DNA of 64,000 nt from Candidatus Woesebacteria bacterium RIFCSPLOWO2_01_FULL_44_24b (lineage in GTDB: Bacteria; Patescibacteriota; Microgenomatia; UBA8517): positions 33,677 to 97,676 of the forward strand of contig MGHM01000020.1 of NCBI GenBank assembly GCA_001793235.1. Reading direction: 5' to 3'. Each line of letters begins with the position of its first letter. The first letter of the stretch is position 1. The notes under the pieces were generated by a model. That model ran no database searches. It worked only from the letters and a program-made list of their open reading frames with translations, and was not told the DNA's origin. The position numbers and the translations under genes are program-made. Positions 19,789 through 29,615 of this stretch are shown one piece after another.

Positions 19789-20964
19789 TCAATTCGTAAA
19801 TTCAAAACTGGCCAGCATATTGTCAAAGACTTGTTGTTCCCCTTTATCAACATTATCATCCCAGGTCATCTGAATAACCGTATTTTTATACCAGATAACC
19901 ACATATGCCCGCCACTTGCCGGTCAGCTCTCCTTGAATAACCTGTGCATCCCCACCGCCTAGTTTTTTAAGTTCAATCTTTGGCGGGTTACTCCAGCCGG
20001 ACAAGGTTCTCGTTGATGAGATAATCTCGCTTGCGGTAAGAGCGGCATTAGTAAGGTTACTTGAAGTCTGAATAACTAAGTTGTTTACTGTCTTATTACT
20101 CGCGTCGCGGCTTATTTCTGACTTATTGGCATAGATCCCCTCTTTTTCGTCTTTCTCGGCGGTCAGCGTCCATTCTGACGGATACTTGATGGTGTAATTA
20201 AAAGTAGTATTTTCAAAAGTCTGCCAGCCTGAGGTGTCGACCAAAAAAATAATACTATCTATGATTTTTTGGAATTCTTCTTCTTTTTCTGGAGAATCAA
20301 CAAAAAAATTTATTATTAATTCATTGACAACAATCTGCCACTGATCATCGAATGAAGCTTTTACAGCATCTTTACCTCCTACTCTTATCTCTTCAACTTC
20401 CGCTTCTGTAAAATCCGTAAACCCTGGTTTTTCTGGATAAATAGTCAGTAATTCTGTATTGTCTTCCCCAATACTCACAGAATTTTCCTTTTCATCAAGC
20501 ACTTCATAATCCTCAGGGATAGTCATCTGAACTAATAAATCTATATTTTTATACAGCTTTGTGGGCACAGGTGTGGGCGTGGGAGCCGCAACCACCAGAG
20601 CTTCGGTTACTAAAGGGGTGATAGTTGGGGCCGGCGCGCGCATGGTGTAATTATTTCCCGTAACGCGGGCTACAAAATAAATAGTGGCAACCAGAAGTAC
20701 CGCCGGGATGAGAAACAAAAGCTTTCGCAAGGGATGATGCTTGACCATAACATTGGGGCTTGACGATGATGGTGGCGGTGGCACAATTTCCACAACCGGC
20801 GCCTCCGCCACTGGTTGGGGAACTACTTCAACAGTCGGTGTAATCTCTTGGGCTGGCACCTCCTCAACACTTAAATTTGGACGATGACTTGTATCAAAGC
20901 CCTCCGGCGAGCCCCGGGCAGAATCACTTGCCCCGAGCGTAGTCTCTGACGAAGTGGGGTCCAT
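19789..20964 (-). CDS. Membrane-anchored protein with Pro-rich N-terminus and PsbP-like external domains
   Basis: Single TM; WQTFEN...YTIKYPSEW motif. Confidence 0.7.
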   Translation of the reverse strand: MDPTSSETTLGASDSARGSPEGFDTSHRPNLSVEEVPAQEITPTVEVVPQPVAEAPVVEIVPPPPSSSSPNVMVKHHPLRKLLFLIPAVLLVATIYFVARVTGNNYTMRAPAPTITPLVTEALVVAAPTPTPVPTKLYKNIDLLVQMTIPEDYEVLDEKENSVSIGEDNTELLTIYPEKPGFTDFTEAEVEEIRVGGKDAVKASFDDQWQIVVNELIINFFVDSPEKEEEFQKIIDSIIFLVDTSGWQTFENTTFNYTIKYPSEWTLTAEKDEKEGIYANKSEISRDASNKTVNNLVIQTSSNLTNAALTASEIISSTRTLSGWSNPPKIELKKLGGGDAQVIQGELTGKWRAYVVIWYKNTVIQMTWDDNVDKGEQQVFDNMLASFEFTN

Positions 20965-20995
20965 GGTTATTCATTGTATACCAATTAATTCCACC

Positions 20996-21077
20996 TTGTC
21001 ATTCCCGCGAAAGCGGGAATCCACACTAATAATCTGGTCTGGTTACAATAGATTCCGGATCAAGTCCGGAATGACAA
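20996..21077. repeat. REP-like composite palindrome
   Basis: TTGTCATTCCCGCGAAAGCGGGAATCC...GATTCCGGATCAAGTCCGGAATGACAA. Confidence 0.8.
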
Positions 21078-22060
21078 TGAAGTTTCTCTTGGCAGCCTGA
21101 CAGCGATTGAAATATGGAACCCTACGACCCCATCACCATTTCAAGTGACTAAATTAGTTTTCACTTCAAATTAAAGTCTTGCTAATTTAATAACCAGAAA
21201 TGGTGAGGGGAAGAGTTCGGTTTATTTTCCCCAAAACCGTGACTTTAAAGGGGGGTGTTAATCCCGTGAGATAGTCTTGCGACATCTAACAGGACGTGTG
21301 TTTATTCACACTCCTTAGAAAGGAGGTGATCCATCCGCTCCTTCCAGAACGGATACCTTGTTACGACTTAAGCCTTATCGCTAGTTTCACCTTCTTCCGA
21401 TCACTCGGAATTCGGGTGCCCCTAACTTTACTGCCTTGACGGGCGGTGTGTACAAGACCTGAGAACGTATTCACCGGGATTTAGCTGACTCCCGATTACT
21501 ACCAATTCCGCGTTCATGAGGGCGAATTGCAGCCCTCAATCCCCACTGAGACATCGTTTATGGGATTAGCTCCGCCTTACGGCTTGGCAACCCATTGTCG
21601 ATGCCATTGTATTATGTGTGTAGCCCTGGACATAAGGGCCATGCTGACCTGACGTCGTCCCCACTTCCTTCTGATACAAAGATCAAAAAGTCTCCTATGA
21701 TTATTCAACATAGGACAGGGGTTGCGCTCGTTACCCCACTTAAGGGAACACCCCACGGCACGAGCTGACGACGGCCATGCAACACCTGTGCTATCATCCC
21801 AAATAAATTTAGGATCATCCCAATTTTCATCAGAACTAAAACGATAGCATGTCAAGTCCAGGTAAGGTTCTTCGGTTTGTCTCGAATTAAACCACATAAT
21901 CCACTGGTTGTGCAGGTCCCCGTCAATTCCTTTGAGTTTTAAACTTGCGTTCGTACTCCCCAGGCGGTCCGCTTCACGCGTTAGCTTACGCCCCTCTCCC
22001 GCTAAGCGGGAGAAAAAAGCTAGCGGACATAGTTTACGGCTAGGACTACAGGGGTCTCTA

Positions 22061-22929
22061 CTATATTGTTACATTCTCTAATTAATAGAGAAGATCTTGT
22101 CATTTCTGCAAGATTCTACATATTACTATGCAGCTCGGACTATATCATAACCCGTCCCGTTAGATAATTTATCTAATGGGATTGGGTCCCGACATGTAGT
22201 CTCTACGGGGTCTGTATTCTCGCTGAATAAGGAAGAAATTTATATTTAAATTCCGGTAAAATGAATTTGAAAACTTGTTTTCGAAGTTTACTCAAACTTT
22301 GTTTAGGAAAATAAATTATATCTCTACCCTTATTTTTGTGAGTTAAAGTTTCAATCTCAAAATTAGTGAGTATTGCTTCTTGCAACCTTTGTACATCTTT
22401 CGCAGTAAATGAATGAGTTTGGATGGACAGTCCAGCGTATTCTGCCGAACCATCATCCATAATCCATACTGCAAAAGAAAGTGGATTGCTTAGCAATACA
22501 TTTATGTTTGCAGGCACAATCTTTTTAAAAGACGGGTAAAATAAGTCATAATATGCAGTAAATTCTGGATGGGTATGAGTGACGAATTCGGCAAATTTAT
22601 AATCTTTTTTACCAACTCGCTGCTCAAAAACATTAACATCCATTGAAATAAAATTTGCAAATACAAAATATTTATATAAAACTAATGGAAGTTGATTTCT
22701 CGAGTGCTTAATATGCAATCGAGCATTCTTTCCATGAAGTTTTATTGCTCCATCTCCTAAAAGTGTCCCTACCAACACAGCCTTTTGAGTTTCACTTAAA
22801 CAGACTTCCCTCGGTATTGTCCTCATAATTTCAGTATACTAAAGATATACCGAAATAGTAGGATATTCACCGATACAGTCAGTTTTTCTCACTGCTAATT
22901 ACTTAGCAGGGGGACTAGAGTTTTACTCC
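22061..22929 (-). mobile_element. Group I intron at 16S position 788, 869 nt
   Basis: Interrupts GGGAU|UAGAGACCC; guide CUCUAGUCCC; AGAGACUA and GAUAUAGUCC core; terminal G. Confidence 0.93.
22203..22826 (-). CDS. Intron-encoded LAGLIDADG homing endonuclease
   Basis: GTLLGDG and VWIMDDG motifs; intact 207 aa. Confidence 0.92.
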   Translation of the reverse strand: MRTIPREVCLSETQKAVLVGTLLGDGAIKLHGKNARLHIKHSRNQLPLVLYKYFVFANFISMDVNVFEQRVGKKDYKFAEFVTHTHPEFTAYYDLFYPSFKKIVPANINVLLSNPLSFAVWIMDDGSAEYAGLSIQTHSFTAKDVQRLQEAILTNFEIETLTHKNKGRDIIYFPKQSLSKLRKQVFKFILPEFKYKFLPYSARIQTP

Positions 22930-23849
22930 ATCCCTTTCGCTCCCCTAGCTGTCGTTCCTCAGCGTCAAGATTTGCTTAGTCACCCGCCTTCGCCTTCGGA
23001 GTTCCTGTCGATATCAACGGATTTCACCCCTACACCGACAGTTCCAGTGACCCCAACATTCTTCAAGCACGTAAGTATCGCGTCCCTTTCCCCAGTTAAG
23101 CTGGGGTCTTTGAAACGCGACTTTACGTGCCGCCTACGAAACACTTTACGCCCAATAAATCCGGGCAACGCTTACACCCTTCGTATTACCGCTGCTGCTG
23201 GCACGAAGTTAGCCGGTGCTTATTCTACCCCGCCTTTCAGAGGGGTCAAAAGAAGTTTACAACCCGAAGGCCTTCATCCTTCACGCGGCGTCACGGCATC
23301 AGACTTGCGTCCATTGTGCACGATTCCCTGTTGCTGCCACCCGTAGGTGTATAGGCCGTGTCTCAGTCCTATTCTGGGGGTACGCGCTCTCACGCCCCCT
23401 AACCGTCGTAGTCTTGGTAAGCCATTACCTCACCAACAAACTGATGGTGCGCAGGTTCCTCCATCGGCGGGCAGTTAAGCCCTTTGCCCTTGCGGGATTA
23501 TGCGGTATTACCCCACCTTTCGGTGGACTATTCCACACCAATGGGTAGATCCCTACGTGTTACTCAGCCGTTCGCAACTGTTCCGGCAAGCCGGAACCGT
23601 TCTACTTGCATGCATAAAGTACGCCGCCAGCGTTTACCCTGGGCCAGGATCAAACCCTCAATTAAGTGGATTTATATTAAAATCCTGGGACCAATTCCAA
23701 TCGCTGTCAGACTGTCAAAGAGCTTTAGCTCGAAGACCCCTTCGTAGTTCCGGTAAAACCGGAACGAAGTGGGGTCAAAGTTCTAAAGTAATCTTGAAGT
23801 TATTAACCCCGCCTTGTTCGGCTGGCAAGTTAACTTGATTAGTGGGAGT

Positions 23850-23878
23850 AGTATAACAAGCGAGGTGAAGTTAGTCAA
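23850..23878 (-). promoter_or_regulatory. 16S rRNA promoter
   Basis: TTGACT-N17-TATACT about 185 nt upstream of the 16S. Confidence 0.75.
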
Positions 23879-23882
23879 TCAC

Positions 23883-24449
23883 TTACGAACGATTCTCCTC
23901 TTCATCTTTATACTCGTACATAAAGGTAAGGAGAATCTCAACAAACTTTATAATTTCTTCAGCAGTAATCTTATCGCCTAACTTCAGTTCATGGTTTTTT
24001 TGGTTTCCTAAATCTTTAAGTTTTTCCACCCATTTATTTGCATTAGGAGGAATGTAACCTGATTTTTTAAGTTCCACCACATATTCAATAAACTTTTTCT
24101 TTTCCTTTGAGCCAGCGACATTTACCGCAAGGTGCATTATCAATTTCCTTCCAAGAAGCTGAGTTGCGGTATAATCTCCGTTTTTGAGAGTACTGCGCAA
24201 TTCCTTATACACAGTCTCCAAGTCTTCATCCAATCCTTCTATCTCCTTTCCTAATAGTGGACCGGGAATAACCTCACTACCTCTCAAATAAGTAGGCTTA
24301 CCACAATTAGGACAAATATATATCCATGCAAACTCGCTATGAAAATAGCCTGAGTCACTAGCCACTTGATGTCCACAAAACCCACAAACGTATTCTTGTG
24401 GTTTAAGTTTATTCAAATTCGACCATTTACTAGACGATATTTTCGACAT
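23883..24449 (-). CDS. DUF4145-like protein with N-terminal zinc ribbon
   Basis: CGFCG/CPNCG; LKDLGNQKNH resembles a degenerate HEPN-like motif; likely ATG at 24449. Confidence 0.7.
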   Translation of the reverse strand: MSKISSSKWSNLNKLKPQEYVCGFCGHQVASDSGYFHSEFAWIYICPNCGKPTYLRGSEVIPGPLLGKEIEGLDEDLETVYKELRSTLKNGDYTATQLLGRKLIMHLAVNVAGSKEKKKFIEYVVELKKSGYIPPNANKWVEKLKDLGNQKNHELKLGDKITAEEIIKFVEILLTFMYEYKDEEENRS

Positions 24450-24480
24450 TGAGCTATTATATTCCAACTTTCTATTGAGG

Positions 24481-24681
24481 TCAATTGAGGCCGACTTGTG
24501 TCCCACTTGCTCCGCTAGCCTGCGTAGCTGTCCCAACCCCAAGAACAGTGTTGAGTTGAACGTATTCAACCGGAATCTTTACAGGTTCATCGTCATGGCG
24601 TTCCCTAGAAATAGCGGGACTGTTCATAGCTGAAGCAACTACTCCTACTCCGAAAACAAATTTTCCTAAATTATTGGGCAT
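24481..24681 (-). CDS. Small hypothetical protein
   Basis: TATAAT 5 nt before the ATG. Confidence 0.45.
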   Translation of the reverse strand: MPNNLGKFVFGVGVVASAMNSPAISRERHDDEPVKIPVEYVQLNTVLGVGTATQASGASGTQVGLN

Positions 24682-24714
24682 ATTTCATTATATCACCCCC
24701 ACCACTTTTTGAAG

Positions 24715-24972
24715 TTATTTCTTCCTATTATTAACCCACCATCTTTTAAAATACTGAAGCGTCAAGGTTGATAATAAAAAGCCTATTGAGGGAATAACTG
24801 CATTAAGCCATGGGCTTGCTACTCCTATCGCCCACATATAAGCTCCAATGCTTATGTAAGTAAACAAAATCAAAAGCCCGCGGCGGGTAAAGCTTGTCTC
24901 CCACCCTTTGTCTTCCTCAACTTTTTTATTTCTTTTTTCAATTTCGGCAACTCTTTTTTCTAAGTCTTTCAT
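24715..24972 (-). CDS. Small two-TM membrane protein
   Basis: N-terminal coiled coil, WETSFTRR, two TM helices. Confidence 0.75.
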   Translation of the reverse strand: MKDLEKRVAEIEKRNKKVEEDKGWETSFTRRGLLILFTYISIGAYMWAIGVASPWLNAVIPSIGFLLSTLTLQYFKRWWVNNRKK

Positions 24973-25101
24973 AGTGGAATTATATCAGGCCAAAGAAAAA
25001 CCTGTTCGTGTTCACAAGAAAGTCACGGAACTTTCTATATGCTCGTATTATAACAATTGAGGTGAATTAGTCAATCTAATCTGCTCCCCACTTTTTGAAG
25101 A

Positions 25102-25413
25102 TTATTCTTGTGGAGCAAGCTGAAGCATTCGTTCCAAGGTTGCTTGAGGCATGTTCATGCAGAATTTATAAAACTCTAAGTTCTCCATTTTCGCCTGGCT
25201 AATCACTCCCGACTCGTACAAATCTTCCATCATGGGTATCATGGTTTCCAATGCTAAAGATTTAGTCTCGGGAGAGGTTTCGCTCGCACTTCTTACGGTA
25301 TCCCACCTATACTGAGGCCAGTCATCGGTCTCTAACTTCAAATCTCTTAAAGGCATTTCCTGAAAAATCCTGATTTCATCTACCAATATTCCGTTTAATG
25401 TTTCCCCAGCCAT
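25102..25413 (-). CDS. Hypothetical protein
   Basis: ORF with TG-N-TATATT just upstream. Confidence 0.55.
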   Translation of the reverse strand: MAGETLNGILVDEIRIFQEMPLRDLKLETDDWPQYRWDTVRSASETSPETKSLALETMIPMMEDLYESGVISQAKMENLEFYKFCMNMPQATLERMLQLAPQE

Positions 25414-25466
25414 GCCAGAAATATACCATTAACAATACGAAGATTCAATGAGGACTCTATCCAAGA

Positions 25467-25833
25467 TTATTTCGGTCTCCTCAGTGGGCTCCCCAGAGGA
25501 CCTTCTTCACTCAACAACTTTTTCGCGGCAGCCACACCATCTTCAGGCAAAGTCCAAACATTAATAAGAAGTTTACTGAAGTTCTTTCTGTACTTCACCA
25601 TCTCTATATCAACTTCGTCAGTCCTTTTGGGCTCAAAGTAATCCTCATAAACCCGGACCAGCTCTTGATGTTTTTCAACCAATTGTCCTCTCTCCTCCAA
25701 GTTCAAACGCAAACCAATCAGTACAGAGCGCTTTTCACTTTCATTAAGGCTCGTGATTGCTTCTTGAAGATCGTAAGACAAAGAAGACTCTGGCCCTTTA
25801 CCATTCAAATATATTTCTGGCATTCTAACCATG
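25467..25833 (-). CDS. Hypothetical protein
   Basis: Same 19-bp promoter/start block as the neighbouring ORF; start near 25832. Confidence 0.5.
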
Positions 25834-25897
25834 CCAGAAATATACCACAAAACAAAAAACTGAGCAAATGGGCAGGTCCCGCTAAGCGGGATATAGC

Positions 25898-26155
25898 TTA
25901 CCTCTCCTTCGGAGGTCTAGCTACGTTTACCACAATCTTTCTTCCATCAACTTCTTTCTCGTTCAATGCAAGTGCTTTTTGAGCATCTTCTCCTTTTGCA
26001 AATTCCACAAATCCAAAGCCCTTTGAGCGCTTGGTAAACTTGTCAGTTATAACAACCGCATCCACAATATCGCCGTAGCTTGCAAAAAGCTCGAGAAGTC
26101 CGTCTTTATCAATGCTGTAAGGAAGATTCCCTACGTAAAGTTTTTTATCGTTCAA
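25898..26155 (-). CDS. RRM RNA-binding protein
   Basis: RNP2 LYVGNL and RNP1 KGFGFVEF. Confidence 0.93.
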   Translation of the reverse strand: MNDKKLYVGNLPYSIDKDGLLELFASYGDIVDAVVITDKFTKRSKGFGFVEFAKGEDAQKALALNEKEVDGRKIVVNVARPPKER

Positions 26156-26224
26156 TTAACTCACCCCCATACTGCTCTTCAGGAGGTGAAATTTGAGTGT
26201 CTCATATTCCCTACCCTCGAAACA

Positions 26225-26410
26225 TTAGTATTGTACCACAAACAGCACGCTAACTAAACCAATGAGTACAAATACGGCCGAAAGCAAGGTCGCTAGGCTC
26301 AAAAACACCATTAACTTGGGAGCTTTTAACTCTTCCCGCTTCATTACAACAAAAAAAGCCAACGGGGTGGCGGTCAAAAACATTATGGCAAAACCCTCAA
26401 AGAAAAACAT
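26225..26410 (-). CDS. Small membrane protein
   Basis: Two hydrophobic helices; 3 nt from the GT2 gene. Confidence 0.55.
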   Translation of the reverse strand: MFFFEGFAIMFLTATPLAFFVVMKREELKAPKLMVFLSLATLLSAVFVLIGLVSVLFVVQY

Positions 26411-26413
26411 AAC

Positions 26414-27142
26414 TTATTGTACATTATTCTTGCCGTTATGGTTGCCCCAGCCGCCGTAAATAAGCTCGGCAAAGCGGCCGGTGGTGTTTCGGCCCACAAG
26501 CTGCTCCACGCCGCCAATTAAGCTGCCTAAAATAACTCGCGCAATACTTACGTTTTCATACCTTCTCGGGGAAGGCCTAAACCTGCTTTCTAGCATCCTA
26601 AATTTATAGCCCTTTGCCACAGCTCTATGGATTAGCTCAACGTCTTCGCTAATTCTCAAGTTCCCGTCAAACCCCCCAAGGCGCTTAAATACGCTTTTTT
26701 TGATCCAGAGACACTGGCCTTCGCCATCCGGAAGCATAGTGCTCTGCCTGATGTATTTACCACGATTCCATGTCTCATAAACCATTCTTATTTCAAAAGC
26801 AAAGCCATTTGTGTCAAAATAACAGCAGGCCAAGTCAGCCTTCTTGTTTTTAAATTCCAAATAACTTTTTGCCAAGAAGTCCTTCGCAAAGGTAATGTCC
26901 GCGTCCAAAAACAAAAGTGTATCTCCTTTGGCATACTTCACACCGTTATTACGGCCCACGGCTTGGCTGCCGCCTTTAACTACCCTTGCCCCGAAAGACT
27001 TGGCAACCTTCATTGTCCGGTCACTCGAATTGGCATCGGCAACAATCACGTCAAAGTCCTGAAAGTTTTGCGTCTTCAGGCACGCCAGGAGATTGCCGAT
27101 ATACTCCTCCTCGTTGTAAGCTGGTATTACTACTGAAACCAC
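26414..27142 (-). CDS. Glycosyltransferase family 2
   Basis: SVVIPAYNEE, FLDAD and ED motifs; probable GTG start at 27142. Confidence 0.9.
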   Translation of the reverse strand: MVSVVIPAYNEEEYIGNLLACLKTQNFQDFDVIVADANSSDRTMKVAKSFGARVVKGGSQAVGRNNGVKYAKGDTLLFLDADITFAKDFLAKSYLEFKNKKADLACCYFDTNGFAFEIRMVYETWNRGKYIRQSTMLPDGEGQCLWIKKSVFKRLGGFDGNLRISEDVELIHRAVAKGYKFRMLESRFRPSPRRYENVSIARVILGSLIGGVEQLVGRNTTGRFAELIYGGWGNHNGKNNVQ

Positions 27143-27170
27143 TATCTGTATTGTATAATGGAAAACGCCA

Positions 27171-27842
27171 ATGGAAGTACTGCACTTTGACCTGACTGAA
27201 ATAATAAGAACCATTGGTTATGCCGGGCTTTTTGCCATGGTCTTTGCCGAGTCTGGCCTCTTCTTCGGCTTCTTTCTTCCGGGCGACAGCTTACTGTTTA
27301 CAGCGGGTTTTTTGGCCTCACAGGGCTTTTTTGACGAGCGGGTCCTAATCCCCCTATTTGCAATAGCGGCCATTCTTGGGGATTCCGCGGGCTATTGGAT
27401 TGGTGCCAAAGCTGGTAAGTGGCTCATGCGCCAGAAAGAGAGCTTCTTTTTCAAGAAAAGCTATATCGAGCGCGCCAGGAAATTCTATGACAAGCACGGC
27501 GGCAAAACCCTAATCCTTGCACGTTTCGTGCCTGCCGTGAGAACATTTGTGCCGATTGTCGCCGGAATGACGGGCATGAATTACTCTAAGTTTTTAACTT
27601 ACAATGTGGTCGGTGGAATTCTCTGGGGCTCGGGAGTCTCAGCCGCAGGGTATTTCTTGGGCAGCCGCATTCCCCATGTTGATAGATATTTACTGCCGAT
27701 AATTTTGGTGATTATCTTTGTCTCAGTCCTTCCCGGCCTTATTCATATGAGGAAAGACATTTTGAGACTTATTAAGAAAAATCCCCTCTTAAGAAAGCTC
27801 CTGAGGCTTGAAGAAGAGTATATTGGCGAGACCCCTGTATAA
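27171..27842 (+). CDS. dedA: DedA family membrane protein
   Basis: ESGLFFGFFLPGDSLLF and ARFVPAVRTF motifs. Confidence 0.93.
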   Translation: MEVLHFDLTEIIRTIGYAGLFAMVFAESGLFFGFFLPGDSLLFTAGFLASQGFFDERVLIPLFAIAAILGDSAGYWIGAKAGKWLMRQKESFFFKKSYIERARKFYDKHGGKTLILARFVPAVRTFVPIVAGMTGMNYSKFLTYNVVGGILWGSGVSAAGYFLGSRIPHVDRYLLPIILVIIFVSVLPGLIHMRKDILRLIKKNPLLRKLLRLEEEYIGETPV

Positions 27843-27882
27843 ATTTATTGCATATTCCCGGTATTTTTTAGTATAATTTACT

Positions 27883-28416
27883 ATGTCAGAAAGGCTGTTC
27901 CGCCTTCCCGGGGACGAGGGGATTTATGATTTCTCTCGACTTGACTACGGTGAAGGATTTCAAAAAACACTGTTGCCTTGCGAAGTAATCAGGGACGAAG
28001 AATTATGCCTTGGGATTATAGGCAATTCTTGCTTGAGGCCGGACAAGCTTCATCTCAATGAAAGAGATAAAAACCCTGTTGTCGTAAGTATCCAAAGCAC
28101 AGGAGAAATAAAAAGGCTGGACTTACCTGGAAAATCAGCAGAAATCATATTTGATCCTGATAGTTGCGGAAAGCACACCGCTCGCGAAATAGTGAGTACT
28201 ACTATGGGTGGAAGGCCAGATAGACGTGATAATCTCTACACGGCAACAGTCGGACAAATTAACAGTGCAGGTTGGGTTGCTTTTTGGGCTCCAATCCAAC
28301 TTGAATACAAAACTCGCCATGCTCGAATTGTCGCCAACACAACAATAAATTACAATATTGACCCAACCGAATCTGACTTAGCAAACTTAGCCAGTGTTCT
28401 CACAAAAAGGCAATAG
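27883..28416 (+). CDS. Hypothetical protein
   Basis: 177-aa ORF with TATAAT 5 nt upstream. Confidence 0.6.
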   Translation: MSERLFRLPGDEGIYDFSRLDYGEGFQKTLLPCEVIRDEELCLGIIGNSCLRPDKLHLNERDKNPVVVSIQSTGEIKRLDLPGKSAEIIFDPDSCGKHTAREIVSTTMGGRPDRRDNLYTATVGQINSAGWVAFWAPIQLEYKTRHARIVANTTINYNIDPTESDLANLASVLTKRQ

Positions 28417-28451
28417 TAAGAAATAATCAATAATCTGGTTTATAATGACTT

Positions 28452-28973
28452 ATGGCGAAGCCAAATGCTATGCCCGAGGTTGACTCCGTCAAAAAAGAAA
28501 CAGTCCGCTTGGGGAAATACCTCAACGAAGTAACAACCATAACCGACTCCACAGGCAAAGTGCTCCATAAGTTAGTTAAACCAGTGATGACCGAGTTTTA
28601 CCTCCGTGACGTTATCCAGGTGATAGTCGGGGCCACAATTCTGTCCATCCCGATAGCCTTTACCGAAGAGGTCTGGAAGCTTGGCGAGAAGTTGCCGTGG
28701 GCAAACATCGCGACCCTCGTCGGTGTTTCGCTTTTCTTTATTGCAATTTTTGTCTATTACAACTACTACATGGGGAGTCTCTCTAAAAACTGGTTCAACT
28801 TCATCAAGCGAGTGGCCTCAACTTATCTTATTTCGCTTTTGGTTGTTTCTTTTTTGATGACTATTATTGACCAAGCAAGTTGGCAGGCTTTGTGGGAGCT
28901 ATCCCTCAAGCGAGTCTTTATCGTCGCCTTCCCCGCCTCAATGAGCGCTGTGGTGAGTGATTCTATAAAATAG
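28452..28973 (+). CDS. DUF2391-like membrane protein
   Basis: IPIAFTEEVW and PASMSA motifs; several TM helices. Confidence 0.75.
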   Translation: MAKPNAMPEVDSVKKETVRLGKYLNEVTTITDSTGKVLHKLVKPVMTEFYLRDVIQVIVGATILSIPIAFTEEVWKLGEKLPWANIATLVGVSLFFIAIFVYYNYYMGSLSKNWFNFIKRVASTYLISLLVVSFLMTIIDQASWQALWELSLKRVFIVAFPASMSAVVSDSIK

Positions 28974-29322
28974 AGTTGTAATTCTTAAGTTCTACTACTT
29001 TTACTTCCTTCACTTTTCCTTGATGCTTAATATTATCAGTCACCAGAATTGCACCAAATTGGCTAGCTAAAGAAATAAAACTGGCATCGTAATATGTTAG
29101 ACCGAACTTGGACGCAAACTCATAGGTGCTCTGGGCTAGTTTCTGAGATTCGTTTACATATAAAATTGGTAAGTTGTAAAACTTCTCTAATACAGTTTTT
29201 GCTTTGTTCACAGCTAGCTGTTTACTCTTAAGAAGCGCATCCGCTTTATCTAAGTTATCCTCGCTGTCTGAATTCAGCCATTTGATTATAACCGAAGAGT
29301 CTACTGCGATATATTTCGGCAT
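28963..29322 (-). CDS. PIN-domain toxin, apparently internally shortened
   Basis: VDSSVIIKW, LTYYDASF and LVTDN motifs; 119 aa. Confidence 0.75.
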   Translation of the reverse strand: MPKYIAVDSSVIIKWLNSDSEDNLDKADALLKSKQLAVNKAKTVLEKFYNLPILYVNESQKLAQSTYEFASKFGLTYYDASFISLASQFGAILVTDNIKHQGKVKEVKVVELKNYNSIL

Positions 29323-29585
29323 TAGTGGGATTGCCTGTCTTTTTCTAAAAACTCGGCAGCACTCATTGCCCCCCGGCCTTTAACAGCCCGTGATTTCCTG
29401 ATTCCCTTCCAAATCTTTTCCCAATCATATTTAGGCTTATGAGGCTTTAAGATAACTTCATCCTGTTTCACCATGGAAACTGAGACAACAGAATCGGTCG
29501 ATAACCATTTAGCAGCCTTCCTAATCTGGTCAGGTATTGTCAGCTGGCCTCGGCTTCGTACCATACTTACTTTTTGCAAATTCAT
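29322..29585 (-). CDS. AbrB/MazE-type antitoxin
   Basis: RGQLTIPDQIR; upstream palindrome near 29583-29614. Confidence 0.85.
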   Translation of the reverse strand: MNLQKVSMVRSRGQLTIPDQIRKAAKWLSTDSVVSVSMVKQDEVILKPHKPKYDWEKIWKGIRKSRAVKGRGAMSAAEFLEKDRQSH

Positions 29586-29615
29586 ATTTTCAGAATATCA
29601 GATTATCTGAATATG

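Larger units (their letters stand above)
21318..23666 (-). rRNA. rrs: 16S rRNA with a group I intron (ends approximate)
   Basis: Universal motifs; 3' GGATCACCTCCTT; processing stem about 21086-21113 / 23692-23723; boxA-like GCTCTTTGACA in the leader. Confidence 0.97.

Noticed and set aside
21577-23838. ORFs overlapping 16S
   Set aside because: Shadow ORFs, except the intron LAGLIDADG at 22203-22826
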